Assembly (NCBI GenBank): GCA_037128515.1
Contig: JBAXWF010000004.1
Coordinates: 38,319-102,318, forward strand
DNA length: 64,000 bases
Source: Bacteroidota bacterium
Lineage (GTDB): Bacteria > Bacteroidota > Bacteroidia > Bacteroidales > CAIWKO01
Direction: 5' to 3'
In this document: positions 45,484-55,647 of the stretch, piece after piece
Layout of the letters: every line of letters begins with the position of its first letter
Numbering within the stretch: position 1 is the first letter of the stretch
Notes under the pieces: model-generated
What the model saw: only the letters and a program-made list of their open reading frames with translations
The model's database searches: none
Told to the model about the DNA's origin: nothing
Made by a program: the position numbers and the translations under genes

Positions 45484-47067
45484 TTATTTTTCATATTTGG
45501 CGGCAACATCTTTTGCCACCTTTTCCATTTCTTGTGTCATTTCGTCGGTGAGGACTCCCTTACGCAAGTTTTCCAACAAATCTTTGTTATACACATCCAA
45601 ATGATGAAGATATTCATCCTGAAAATTGATGATGTTCTTCACAGGAACTTTCTGAAGCAAACCGCGTGTACCACAATAAATAATGGCAACCTGATGCTCA
45701 ACCGACATAGGCGAATATTGTGGTTGCTTTAGTATTTCAACATTGCGGGCACCTTTGTCAAGAACAGCCTTGGTGGTTGCATCCAAATCGGAACCAAATT
45801 TTGAGAACGATTCCAGTTCGCGATACTGTGCCTGGTCTAGTTTAAGGGTTCCGGCAATTTTCTTCATTGATTTGATTTGAGCACTACCACCCACACGCGA
45901 TACAGAAATACCCACGTTGATGGCCGGTCGAATACCCGAATTAAATAGAGTTGTTTCCAAAAATATTTGTCCATCGGTGATGGAAATCACGTTAGTGGGG
46001 ATATAAGCCGAAACATCGCCTGCTTGAGTTTCAATGATAGGTAGTGCTGTGAGCGAGCCACCACCTTTTACCAAATGTTTAATTGATTCAGGCAAGTCGT
46101 TCATTTTTTTGGCAATCACATCAGATGTGATAACACGAGCGGCTCTTTCCAAAAGGCGTGAGTGTAAATAAAACACATCGCCAGGATAAGCTTCGCGTCC
46201 CGGGGGACGGCGGAGTAACAAAGAAACTTCGCGATACGCCACAGCCTGTTTCGACAAATCATCAAACACAATCAAAGCCGGACGTCCAGTATCTCTGAAA
46301 AATTCGCCAATAGCTGCACCGGCAAAAGGAGCAAAAAACTGCATAGCAGCAGGGTCGGATGCTGTGGCAGCAACCACAACAGTAAATGGTAAGGCACCTT
46401 TTTCCTCGAGGGTTTTCACTGTGTTGGCAATCGAAGAGCCTTTTTGCCCAATGGCTACATAAATACAAAAAACGGGTTCGCCTCGTTCGTAAAACGATTT
46501 TTGATTGATGATGGTATCGATAGCGATAGCTGTCTTCCCAGTTTGACGGTCGCCGATAATCAATTCACGTTGTCCACGGCCGATGGGTATCATTGCATCA
46601 ATAGGTTTGATACCAGTTTGCAGCGGTTGGTTTACCGGTTGACGGAAAATAACACCGGGAGCTTTCCGTTCTAGAGGCATGTCGTAAACGGGACCTTCGA
46701 TAGGGCCTTTTCCATCGATAGGCATACCGATGGTATTTATAACGCGTCCAAGCATACCTTCACCTACTGCTATGGAAGCAATTTTCCGGGTACGTTTCAC
46801 AATATCGCCCTCAATAATGTTGTCTGATTCTCCCATCATAACCACACCCACATTATCTTCTTCTAGGTTGAGCACAACGCCCATCACACCCGTTTTTTCA
46901 AACTCCACCAATTCGCCCGATCCAACATTATTGAGACCAAAAATACGTGCAATACCATCGCCTACTTGAAGCACAGTACCAACTTCTTCAAGCTCGGCTT
47001 CATATTTAAATCCTGCAAGTTGTTGACGTAAAATTGCAGAGACTTCTGCCGGTTTAATTTCTGCCAT
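45484..47067 (-). CDS. atpA: F1 ATP synthase subunit alpha
   Basis: 527 aa. Walker A GDRQTGKT plus conserved alpha-subunit blocks. Confidence 0.97.
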   Translation of the reverse strand: MAEIKPAEVSAILRQQLAGFKYEAELEEVGTVLQVGDGIARIFGLNNVGSGELVEFEKTGVMGVVLNLEEDNVGVVMMGESDNIIEGDIVKRTRKIASIAVGEGMLGRVINTIGMPIDGKGPIEGPVYDMPLERKAPGVIFRQPVNQPLQTGIKPIDAMIPIGRGQRELIIGDRQTGKTAIAIDTIINQKSFYERGEPVFCIYVAIGQKGSSIANTVKTLEEKGALPFTVVVAATASDPAAMQFFAPFAGAAIGEFFRDTGRPALIVFDDLSKQAVAYREVSLLLRRPPGREAYPGDVFYLHSRLLERAARVITSDVIAKKMNDLPESIKHLVKGGGSLTALPIIETQAGDVSAYIPTNVISITDGQIFLETTLFNSGIRPAINVGISVSRVGGSAQIKSMKKIAGTLKLDQAQYRELESFSKFGSDLDATTKAVLDKGARNVEILKQPQYSPMSVEHQVAIIYCGTRGLLQKVPVKNIINFQDEYLHHLDVYNKDLLENLRKGVLTDEMTQEMEKVAKDVAAKYEK

Positions 47068-47079
47068 TATAATTAACTA

Positions 47080-47637
47080 TTAAAATTTTGGTTCGTAAAA
47101 ATTTATATTGTACTCTTTTTTCAATTTATTTAAATTCTTTCTAATGGATGTATCAACCTGTTTATCGTCAACAGTAAGAATAAAGCCGCCTACTAGATTT
47201 GGAACAACCGTTTGAACCAACTCGATAGTAGCATGTAATTGCTTTACGAGCATTTGTTTTAAGTGTTCAATAACGTTTTCGTCGGGAACTACTGCTGTTT
47301 TTAAATAAACAGTTTTGATGTTGTGTTTATCTTTATACATATTGATAAACTCTTGTGCAATTTCGTCGATAGCCACTTCTCGTCGTTTTTTGATAATGAT
47401 TTCCAGAAATCGAAACGACATAAAATTGAAGTTTTCGGCAAATAAAACTTTAAAAACGGATATTTTTTTATCCTGACTGATAATAGGGCTTTGTAATAAT
47501 AGCCTAAAATCTCTGTTTGCAACGCAAACATTTTGCAACGCCACCATATCGGCATGAACGCTTTCGAGTACGTTTTCTTCCAACGCCAAATCGAAGAGGG
47601 CTTTTGCATAACGAATAGCAATTCTTCCGGTTTTCAT
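47080..47637 (-). CDS. atpH: F1 ATP synthase subunit delta (OSCP)
   Basis: 185 aa with IAIRYAKALFDLA start. Sits between atpF and atpA. Confidence 0.85.
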   Translation of the reverse strand: MKTGRIAIRYAKALFDLALEENVLESVHADMVALQNVCVANRDFRLLLQSPIISQDKKISVFKVLFAENFNFMSFRFLEIIIKKRREVAIDEIAQEFINMYKDKHNIKTVYLKTAVVPDENVIEHLKQMLVKQLHATIELVQTVVPNLVGGFILTVDDKQVDTSIRKNLNKLKKEYNINFYEPKF

Positions 47638-47649
47638 GTAATATTTCCC

Positions 47650-48144
47650 TTAATTGAAGTTAATATTACTTAAAAATTTTTCGATCAACTTGTCTTGTTT
47701 GGCATCTTTAACAAGCTCTTCTTGTATCAGTTTTTCAGCAATTTCGATTGATAACACTGCAATTTGGTTTTTTAGCTCGGTTAAAGCCTCCATTTTTTCG
47801 TAATGTATGCTTTGTTTTGCTGATTCTACTATACGATTTGCTTCTTCTGTGGCTTTCGCACGAGCTTCCTCGATTAGCTTCTCGCGAACCAGTCGTGCAT
47901 CACGAAGCAACGCATCGCGTTCTTCTTTTGCTTCTTTCAATAATTCTTCGTTACTGAACTTGAGTTGTTTCATTTCTTCACGCGCTTTTTCGGCCAGATG
48001 CAATGCTTCATCTATTTTTGTTTCGCGTTCGTTCAGCATCTTCATAATTGGCTTCCATGCATATCTTCCTAAAATCAAAATCAGGAAAAGAAATGAAAGC
48101 GTCATCCAAAAAATAAGTCCTATTTCGGGTTTTACGAGTTCCAT
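47650..48144 (-). CDS. atpF: F0 ATP synthase subunit b
   Basis: 164 aa. One N-terminal TM segment, then a long charged helix. Confidence 0.85.
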   Translation of the reverse strand: MELVKPEIGLIFWMTLSFLFLILILGRYAWKPIMKMLNERETKIDEALHLAEKAREEMKQLKFSNEELLKEAKEERDALLRDARLVREKLIEEARAKATEEANRIVESAKQSIHYEKMEALTELKNQIAVLSIEIAEKLIQEELVKDAKQDKLIEKFLSNINFN

Positions 48145-48224
48145 ATATTAATTTATTAAAATTCGTACTAAAAAATCTTTACCCTGCAACCAACCGTTGC
48201 AGAGTAAAGATTAGTTGTTTTCTG

Positions 48225-48485
48225 TTAAAGGAAAAGAATAAGCAGACAAACAACAATTGCAAAAAAAGCAACACCTTCGATAAGTGCGGCGGCAACAATC
48301 ATATTAGAACGAATATCGCCAACAGCTTCGGGCTGTCTGCCTATTGATTCCATGGCGCCTTTACCAATGTTACCAATACCCAAACCTGCGCCAATTGCTG
48401 CAATTCCGGCACCAATTCCGGCTCCCATTTTTGCGATAGGAGTGAAATCGGCTGCTGCTTGTAATAAAACTGACATGAGTGACAT
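48225..48485 (-). CDS. atpE: F0 ATP synthase subunit c
   Basis: 86 aa from MSLMSVLL. A Gly-rich helix (GAGIGAGIAAIGAGLGIG), a RQPE loop, and a second helix with the carboxylate (ALIEGVAFF). The longer 137-aa ORF start is rejected. Confidence 0.9.
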   Translation of the reverse strand: MSLMSVLLQAAADFTPIAKMGAGIGAGIAAIGAGLGIGNIGKGAMESIGRQPEAVGDIRSNMIVAAALIEGVAFFAIVVCLLILFL

Positions 48486-48519
48486 AATTTTTGTTTTTAG
48501 TTTGTATATAGAGTTGTTA

Positions 48520-49644
48520 TTAATGTGCTGTTTCGTGATGTTCGGCTGATGCCATTCCGATGTATAATGCCGATAGCAAGGTAAAAACGTATGCTTGAAT
48601 AAAGGCAACCAAAAGTTCGAGTAATGCCATAAAAACATAGAAAAATACCGAAACTATTGAGAAGCCATAACCTGCACCTGTACTAATACCTCCGAAAATA
48701 AATATCAAACTAATAAAGCCCAGCGCGATAATATGTCCGGCGGTGATGTTTGCAAACAAACGGACCATTAATACAAAAGGTTTTGTGATAACACCAATTA
48801 TTTCAACAAGAGGCATCAAGGGAATGGGTATTTTGAGCCACCAAGGAACACCGGGAGCATTATATATTTCTTTCCAATAATGTTTGTTTGCACTAAAAGT
48901 TGTGATGATAAACGTAAAGATTGCCATTACCAGCGTTACGGCAATATTACCTGTAAGGTTTGCTCCTCCTGGAAAAAACGGAACGAGTCCCAGAAGATTA
49001 TTTATAAATATAAAAAAGAAGATGGTTAATAAAAACGGCATATACTTTACATATTTTTTTTCTCCGATAGATGATATGGCAATATCATCGCGAACAAATA
49101 ATATTAATGGCTCTAACAACGATTGTAATCCTTTTGGAGCGAGGTCGGTGCGTTTTTTATAACGGCGTGCAATTGAAATAAAAATCCAACACAATAAGAA
49201 CACGCTGATAAACAATGATAAAACATTTTTTGTGATTGAAAAATCAATTGGCAACGCCGCAGAAGTGTCTTCTTCTCCGTCTTGGTTGACTTTAATAATT
49301 TTTCCTTTATTTTTTCCTTCAAGTTCCAGCTTGTATCCCTTATATATTTCTGCACCGTGATGAAATTTGCTTGACATAAAACAAACAATTTTTCCATTAT
49401 CATAAAGTATAACTGGTAATGGAATTGTAATAGGTTTTTCTCCAATTTTAGCAATATGCCATTCGTGATTATCCAAAATATGCTCGATAATCATTTCACC
49501 AGCATTAAACTTTTCTTTTTTGTTTTGATGAGTTCCCGCTTCTTTGGTTTCGGAAAATGCATTATTTGTTGAAAAAAACAATAAAACAAAAAGGGATATA
49601 AATAAATAAAAACTTGATTTTAAAACATTTGTTTTCATCCGCAC
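48520..49644 (-). CDS. atpB: F0 ATP synthase subunit a
   Basis: 374 aa. Conserved LMVRLFANITAGH arginine motif. Long N-terminal extension with a signal-like segment. Confidence 0.9.
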   Translation of the reverse strand: MRMKTNVLKSSFYLFISLFVLLFFSTNNAFSETKEAGTHQNKKEKFNAGEMIIEHILDNHEWHIAKIGEKPITIPLPVILYDNGKIVCFMSSKFHHGAEIYKGYKLELEGKNKGKIIKVNQDGEEDTSAALPIDFSITKNVLSLFISVFLLCWIFISIARRYKKRTDLAPKGLQSLLEPLILFVRDDIAISSIGEKKYVKYMPFLLTIFFFIFINNLLGLVPFFPGGANLTGNIAVTLVMAIFTFIITTFSANKHYWKEIYNAPGVPWWLKIPIPLMPLVEIIGVITKPFVLMVRLFANITAGHIIALGFISLIFIFGGISTGAGYGFSIVSVFFYVFMALLELLVAFIQAYVFTLLSALYIGMASAEHHETAH

Positions 49645-49809
49645 AACGTTTCTTCGTTATAAAGTAAGAAAGGCAAATATAAACATTTTCTAAAATGAAA
49701 AAAAAATTATTTTAAAATTCGCAAATTATTTTAAACACGAAAGAATCATGTAATTATAAAATGTGATTTCAGAAGTATGCGAATGGAATTTTTGCGAGTG
49801 AAATCATTA

Positions 49810-50187
49810 CTATCGCTTGTCGGGTTTATTGTTTAGCAATAAAGCAACATCGAAAACCAGGTAAAAAACAAAGAGAATGAAAAAGCTAATAATGAAATTT
49901 ACAGCATCATTACGAAACATCATGACATAAGCAACCAAAACCAAGATATAAAACATAAACTTTAAGAAGGTTGTCAACATAAAAGTACGTATGAATTTGT
50001 TTGGATTTTCGGTATTGGCCGAAAATAAAAATAGATTTGTAATTAATGTTGTAGCTAAAAACAGTGGGACAAGAAATAAAAGGGCGTATGAAATATAAGG
50101 TTTTGGTAGTATAAAGTATAAGATTGAGGTAATAATCTGCAGCGATAATGAAAACAAAATTGTTTGGATTAATAGTTTCTTTCGCAT
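49810..50187 (-). CDS. Small four-TM membrane protein upstream of the atp genes
   Basis: 125 aa with four hydrophobic segments. Starts 2 nt after the AtpZ-like gene's stop. No family recognised. Confidence 0.55.
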   Translation of the reverse strand: MRKKLLIQTILFSLSLQIITSILYFILPKPYISYALLFLVPLFLATTLITNLFLFSANTENPNKFIRTFMLTTFLKFMFYILVLVAYVMMFRNDAVNFIISFFILFVFYLVFDVALLLNNKPDKR

Positions 50188-50189
50188 GA

Positions 50190-50402
50190 TTATTTTTTTT
50201 TGATAAAATCTTTTGTTGCAATATAAATGGCAGTTCCAACAGAAAAAACTGATAAAAAAAGAGTGAAGACGGGGAATTTAATTCCTATCCATTTATCCAA
50301 AATAACACCTCCTCCAACACCTATAATAATAATTACAAACATTTGAAGTGTAATGCTGGAATATTTCGCATAGGAATTAAGTGAATTGTTCGGTTTTTTC
50401 AT
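50190..50402 (-). CDS. AtpZ/AtpI-like small membrane protein
   Basis: 70 aa from MKKPNNSLNSYAKYSSITLQMFVIIIIGVGGGVILDKW.., with two TM segments. Position and size are typical of AtpZ/AtpI. Its start overlaps the bactofilin 3' end by 26 nt. Confidence 0.55.
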   Translation of the reverse strand: MKKPNNSLNSYAKYSSITLQMFVIIIIGVGGGVILDKWIGIKFPVFTLFLSVFSVGTAIYIATKDFIKKK

Positions 50403-50778
50403 CAATTGTTTTGCCCGTTGGTACCTGTTTAGATGCATCACCGGACATTTTGCAACTTCCGGAAAATTTTGCTCCGGGTTCAATTGATAATTTGCCTGTG
50501 CAAATATCGCCAATTAAGCTAGCGGATGATTTCATGGCGAGCAATTCGTTAACATTCACTTTGGCTTTGATGCTCCCTGAAAAATCGGCATTTTGGCAAA
50601 CTATTTCCCCTTCAACCAGTCCTGTTACGCCAATCACCACTTTTCCCAAAGAGCTGATTGATCCGATAAGTGTTCCATCAATACGCATATCGCCAGAAGC
50701 ATTAATATCACCCTTTATTGTTGTGCCATTACCAATTATGTTGATTACTGGAGATTCTAATTCAATATTTTTTGCCAT
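50377..50778 (-). CDS. Bactofilin (polymer-forming cytoskeletal protein)
   Basis: 133 aa. Repetitive beta-helix pattern IKGDINASGDMRIDGTLIGSI..VVIGVTGLVEGEIVC..ADFSGSIKAKV is typical of the DUF583/bactofilin domain. Confidence 0.8.
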   Translation of the reverse strand: MAKNIELESPVINIIGNGTTIKGDINASGDMRIDGTLIGSISSLGKVVIGVTGLVEGEIVCQNADFSGSIKAKVNVNELLAMKSSASLIGDICTGKLSIEPGAKFSGSCKMSGDASKQVPTGKTIDEKTEQFT

Positions 50779-50815
50779 GACTTTAATTTTTAAAGCATTA
50801 TACGTAAGTGTTTTG

Positions 50816-53440
50816 TTAAGGTTTCGTATAAAATTGATTATAAAATTTTAAATACAAATCCACGTCTTTATTTTTATAAAAAACAGGATAGTTTGCTGCA
50901 GATATAACAAAATGTTTATACTTCGAATTTTGAAGCAGCTGAAGTATTTCCGGAGCATTTTCAATAGATTGTAGATAATTCATTGCATTATTTTTATTTT
51001 CAAAACGACTCACATTTAACACCTCGTGTTTATCATCTAAAAACAACGTATTGATAAGGTATTTTTGAGTAGAGAAATACTTGGTATTATGATTCGAAAA
51101 TAAATTTTTAAGATCATTAATATTTAGGTTTTTTATTTCAACAACAACTATATAAAAATGAAATGCCAAAGGGTCGAATTTGTATAAAGATGTGTTTGAT
51201 ACAATAGTGTCTATTGCAGGGGTAGTTGTAACATTTCCCCCAGTTTTTTTCTTATTTAAGAAATCTAGAATGTTTTGGGCATCATTTTTAACTTCAGATT
51301 CAGGATATTTTTTAACTATTTTATTCAAAGCATCAACAAATTCCGACTGAGGTCTGGTTTTTCCAATGGAAAGTGTCTTTAACATCTCAAACTTTGGGAT
51401 CAAGATTTTATCTTTTTTTGAACGAATAGCACTGTCTGCATTTTGTATTACTATAGGGTATTGACCAGAGGTATAAGCCAAATAAGTAGCTTTATAAAAA
51501 GTGGCAAACAAGTTTTTTTGTTCTTCAAGTTTCTGATAATAATTTGGATCGGAAATCATTTTTGCAAAATCACTGTCCGGATATTTTGTAAGTATTTTGT
51601 CCTTATAATAACCGGCCTTCCCCGCATCTTGGTTCTCAATATAAATTTGATATAAATTATAAAAGGCAGGTAAAATATATTTACTATCTGGAAATCTTTT
51701 TTCCAATTTATTAAAAGCATCAATAGATCTATCATAATCGTCGAGCGACTCTTTATAAATAATCCCAATATTATACAATGCCTCGCTAATTTTCAAATTT
51801 GATTTTGTGATAGCCTCAGGAGTTAAAGGCAAGCGCGCTATGTATGTTTGAACATTTTTTAAATCCGCTATAGTTTTATCTTTAATAATTTCATTGCTAT
51901 CAAGTTTTTCTGATACTTCTTCAAAATTATATTCCGATATGGCTTTGTTCTTTAACCGCCAAAGATCTTCATATTTACGCCCTCCCCATTTTCGGACAAA
52001 CTCCGTAAAACCGAAACTCATAGATGATGGGTTATAAAAATACCACGATCCCGTTGATTGGGTTCCTGTTTGATTGATTTGTTGAATATTTGCAAGACCT
52101 GCCTGACGATCAATCTCTTCTTGTCTTTTGCGCTCTTCTTCTTTAACAATTTCGTTAATATGTGCCTGGATTTTCTTATTACGTTCATTTGGAGACAAAC
52201 TTGCTAACATCTGCAAACTATCTTCCGTTGAAACAATATTAAGATTTTTAACCAAATCGTTTAACGTGTTCTTTTTGTTTTCAATTAGCGTATAATTCGG
52301 AAATTCTTTTGGCAGCGTCATCACACAACTGTCGTAGAAGACTTGTGCATTTTGATAATCAGGTATTGCAAAATACAAATCACCAAGTTTTAAAAAGGAG
52401 ATTGATTTTTGATAATTATTTGAAATGCTTGATCGGGCAGATTTTTTTAAATGAATAATTGCCAATTCCTGATTGTTTTCCTTTAGATAAACTTCTGCCA
52501 AAGCATAATGAATCTGATCCAGATATTCTTTGTTTTTCTCATCACGAAGCATTCTGTTTAAAAGTTTTTTAATATCTTTTCCTCCACCCATCGTTACATC
52601 ATAGTTTTTCGCCAGATTAATTTTTGTGGCAAATTCCATATCATAGGTTGGGTTCATACCGAGCACTTTTTTATAATATTCGTTAGCCTTATTTACTTTT
52701 CCTGTACGTTGATATGTTTGGGCTAAAATAAAATCGAGCCGGGTTCTAACATGTCTTGATTTATTAAGGTGTAGGGCTTGATGCAAATACTCGATTGCCT
52801 GGTCGTATTTTTGTTGTTTTATTAACACGTCGCTATAAGCAAGCGGATAAAGTTTTTCGGCAGCACGATTGGCTTTGTTTTTATCAATCTTCTTTTCGAT
52901 TGATACAAGAAGAGCTTCTGCCTCATCAATTTTTCCTTGTTGGGTTAATACACGTGCCTTCCAAATTATTGCTTCGTATTTTGTATTGCCATCTTTAAAC
53001 CTGTTAAGAACAAAATTAAATGTTTGTGCAGCCAAATCGTATTCCTGTTTATAATAGTACGATTTGCCGATAAGCATATAAGCATCGTCAATCCACTTTA
53101 CATGTTCAATGCCCTTTATGTAAATAGAGTGTCGCGTGATGATTATTGAACCTTTTTCAATTGAACGATCCAGATAATTATAAACGGATTGAGCATCTGC
53201 TTTGGTTCCTAATTCAAAAACCGGTAAAATTTTTGTGTAATCGTCTTTGTTTTTTTTATAAAGCTCAACAACGCCTTCTTTTAAGGCCTCCTTACCATTG
53301 AAATAAGCATTATAATGGGCAGTAAGGTTATGATACATTCTTCGCGACCATGTGTTTTTTTTCGTAGAGCATGAAAAAAACAATAATCCGAAACAACAAA
53401 AGACAACGAAAATGGTTTTACTTAGTAGTTTTTTGGACAC
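50816..53440 (-). CDS. TPR lipoprotein, PorW/SprE-like (T9SS component candidate)
   Basis: 874 aa. Lipoprotein signal ..LLFFSCSTKKN, then the RRMYHNLTAHYNAYFNG motif and multiple TPRs. Size and N-terminal motif match my recollection of SprE/PorW. Confidence 0.5.
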   Translation of the reverse strand: MSKKLLSKTIFVVFCCFGLLFFSCSTKKNTWSRRMYHNLTAHYNAYFNGKEALKEGVVELYKKNKDDYTKILPVFELGTKADAQSVYNYLDRSIEKGSIIITRHSIYIKGIEHVKWIDDAYMLIGKSYYYKQEYDLAAQTFNFVLNRFKDGNTKYEAIIWKARVLTQQGKIDEAEALLVSIEKKIDKNKANRAAEKLYPLAYSDVLIKQQKYDQAIEYLHQALHLNKSRHVRTRLDFILAQTYQRTGKVNKANEYYKKVLGMNPTYDMEFATKINLAKNYDVTMGGGKDIKKLLNRMLRDEKNKEYLDQIHYALAEVYLKENNQELAIIHLKKSARSSISNNYQKSISFLKLGDLYFAIPDYQNAQVFYDSCVMTLPKEFPNYTLIENKKNTLNDLVKNLNIVSTEDSLQMLASLSPNERNKKIQAHINEIVKEEERKRQEEIDRQAGLANIQQINQTGTQSTGSWYFYNPSSMSFGFTEFVRKWGGRKYEDLWRLKNKAISEYNFEEVSEKLDSNEIIKDKTIADLKNVQTYIARLPLTPEAITKSNLKISEALYNIGIIYKESLDDYDRSIDAFNKLEKRFPDSKYILPAFYNLYQIYIENQDAGKAGYYKDKILTKYPDSDFAKMISDPNYYQKLEEQKNLFATFYKATYLAYTSGQYPIVIQNADSAIRSKKDKILIPKFEMLKTLSIGKTRPQSEFVDALNKIVKKYPESEVKNDAQNILDFLNKKKTGGNVTTTPAIDTIVSNTSLYKFDPLAFHFYIVVVEIKNLNINDLKNLFSNHNTKYFSTQKYLINTLFLDDKHEVLNVSRFENKNNAMNYLQSIENAPEILQLLQNSKYKHFVISAANYPVFYKNKDVDLYLKFYNQFYTKP

Positions 53441-53594
53441 TTTTTTCGATTTTATACAAAATAACTAATATTTTACAAATTTATTTTATTTTTTTAAAAA
53501 TCTATGCATTTTATTCCGAAAAGTTCTAATTAACTTTTGTTCAATGTTTACGATATTTAATTTTATTTTCGGATATTTGCACCAAGTTTAGATT

Positions 53595-54476
53595 ATGACA
53601 ACACAAAAGTTAACACGCTGGCAGAGTTTTAGAAAAAAACTTCACGATAAGTATCGGCTTGTGATTATGAACGACTCTACCTTTGAGCGTAAAATATCAT
53701 TTCGGCTTACTCGTATGAATGTTTTTATTGTTGTTGGTGCTGCCGTCATGATACTTATTATTGCCACTACTTTTATTATAGCCTACACCCCATTACGCGA
53801 ATATATTCCCGGTTACGGTGATGTTAATATTCAGCGCGAATTATATCGACTAACGCTTAAAACCGATTCCATGGAAAAAGAAATTATAAGACGCAATTTG
53901 TATTTGAAAAACATTCGATATATAATTGAAGGCAGAGACTTTCCTCAACCCGACACACAAAAACCTTCTGATACTTCTGTACACCATTATAATAATCTTG
54001 ATTTTAATATTTCTTCAGAAGATTCGGCATTGAGAAACGAATTTGATAATCTCGATAAATATAACCTTTCTTTTTCATCCGAAACAGAAGAACAAAACTC
54101 AATTAGCAGTTTTTTCTTTTTCACACCAATTAAGGGTATGGTTGTTAATGGTTTTAATCCTGCAAAAGGGCATTATGGTATTGATATTGCTGCCAAACAA
54201 AATGATGCTGTAAAAGCAACATTGGATGGAACTGTGATTTTTAACGGATGGACGCTCGAAACAGGTTATATAATTTCCATTCAGCACAGCAATAATATTG
54301 TTTCTGTTTATAAACACAATTCGGCACTATTGAAAAAGACAGGTGATTATGTAAAAGCAGGAGATCCAATTGCCATTGTTGGCAATTCGGGCGAACTATC
54401 CACGGGCCCCCATTTGCATTTCGAACTGTGGCATAACGAAACTGCTGTTAACCCTAAAGAATTTATGTCTTTTTAG
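53595..54476 (+). CDS. M23 family metallopeptidase, membrane-anchored
   Basis: 293 aa with an N-terminal TM segment. HYGIDIA (HxxxD) and GPHLHFELW (HxH) motifs. Confidence 0.85.
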   Translation: MTTQKLTRWQSFRKKLHDKYRLVIMNDSTFERKISFRLTRMNVFIVVGAAVMILIIATTFIIAYTPLREYIPGYGDVNIQRELYRLTLKTDSMEKEIIRRNLYLKNIRYIIEGRDFPQPDTQKPSDTSVHHYNNLDFNISSEDSALRNEFDNLDKYNLSFSSETEEQNSISSFFFFTPIKGMVVNGFNPAKGHYGIDIAAKQNDAVKATLDGTVIFNGWTLETGYIISIQHSNNIVSVYKHNSALLKKTGDYVKAGDPIAIVGNSGELSTGPHLHFELWHNETAVNPKEFMSF

Positions 54477-54486
54477 TCTGAAACCA

Positions 54487-55647
54487 TTGAAGAAAAGAAT
54501 AGCCATATTAGGCTCTACAGGTTCTATTGGAACCCAAACCCTTGATGTAATCAGACAACATCGGGAAGTGTTTACTGCCGAAATACTCACAGCACATGCG
54601 AATGCCGATTTGTTGATTGCTCAATCAATAGAGTTCTTACCAAATGCTGTTGTGGTGACCGATTTAAATCAATATGAAAGAGTAAAAACGGCATTAGAAC
54701 AATACGATATAAAGGTATATGCCGGAGAAGATTCTTTAGAACAAATTGTAGAATCGGACGAAGTAGATATTGTTGTTACCGCTATTGTTGGTTTTGCAGG
54801 ATTGCGTTCTACCCTGAATGCTATCAAGCATAATAAAACCATAGCACTTGCTAATAAAGAGACTCTGGTGGTTGCTGGCGACATTATCATGGAAAATGCT
54901 CGCCAGGCAGGTGTATATGTTTTTCCGGTTGATTCCGAACATTCTGCTATTTTTCAGTGTTTGGCTGGCGAATTTCACAATCCGATAGAAAAAATTATTC
55001 TGACGGCTTCTGGTGGCCCCTTCAGAGGTTATACACGTGACACTCTTTCGAGAATTACAAAAGCCGAAGCCTTGCAACATCCCAATTGGGTGATGGGGAA
55101 TAAAATCACTATTGATTCGGCAACCATGATGAACAAAGGTTTAGAAGTAATAGAAGCCCGTTGGCTTTTCAATCTTAAACCCAAACAAATTGATGTCATC
55201 ATTCATCCGCAATCCATCATACATTCCATGGTGCAATTTGCCGATGGTGCCATAAAAGCACAAATGGGGCCGCCTGATATGCGCATGCCTATTATTTATG
55301 CATTGGGATATCCTTATAGAATTAAAACAACTTTTCCGCGTTTTGATTTTGCTTCTTGTCCCAATTTTACTTTTGAACAGCCAGATACGAAAATTTTTCG
55401 TAATCTTGCACTCGCGTTCGAAGCTTTGAAACAAGGAGGTAACATGCCATGTATTTTGAATGCTGCGAACGAAATAGCAGTTGATGCTTTTTTGCACGAT
55501 GATATAGGCTTTTTGCAAATTTCCGATGTTATTGAAAAATGCATGCAAACATCAACCTTTATAACGAAACCTTCGCTGGATGATTATTTTAAGAGCAACA
55601 GCGAAACACGAATTATTTGTAGAGAAATCATTAAAAAACAACGATAA
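54487..55647 (+). CDS. dxr: 1-deoxy-D-xylulose 5-phosphate reductoisomerase
   Basis: KKRIAILGSTGSIGTQTLDV NADPH motif, plus LANKE, DSEHSAIFQC and HPNWVMG motifs. The likely TTG start at 54487 lies 10 nt after the M23 stop. The ATG at 54370 would overlap that gene by 107 nt. Confidence 0.9.
   Translation: MKKRIAILGSTGSIGTQTLDVIRQHREVFTAEILTAHANADLLIAQSIEFLPNAVVVTDLNQYERVKTALEQYDIKVYAGEDSLEQIVESDEVDIVVTAIVGFAGLRSTLNAIKHNKTIALANKETLVVAGDIIMENARQAGVYVFPVDSEHSAIFQCLAGEFHNPIEKIILTASGGPFRGYTRDTLSRITKAEALQHPNWVMGNKITIDSATMMNKGLEVIEARWLFNLKPKQIDVIIHPQSIIHSMVQFADGAIKAQMGPPDMRMPIIYALGYPYRIKTTFPRFDFASCPNFTFEQPDTKIFRNLALAFEALKQGGNMPCILNAANEIAVDAFLHDDIGFLQISDVIEKCMQTSTFITKPSLDDYFKSNSETRIICREIIKKQR

Noticed and set aside
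48486-48638. N-terminal extension of atpE to 137 aa
   Set aside because: Subunit c is an ~80-aa hairpin. The extension overlaps the atpB 3' end and has no counterpart in c subunits.
54370-54486. ATG start of dxr at 54370
   Set aside because: It would overlap the M23 peptidase gene by 107 nt and add about 39 residues unrelated to Dxr. The conserved NADPH-binding N-terminus begins right after the TTG at 54487.
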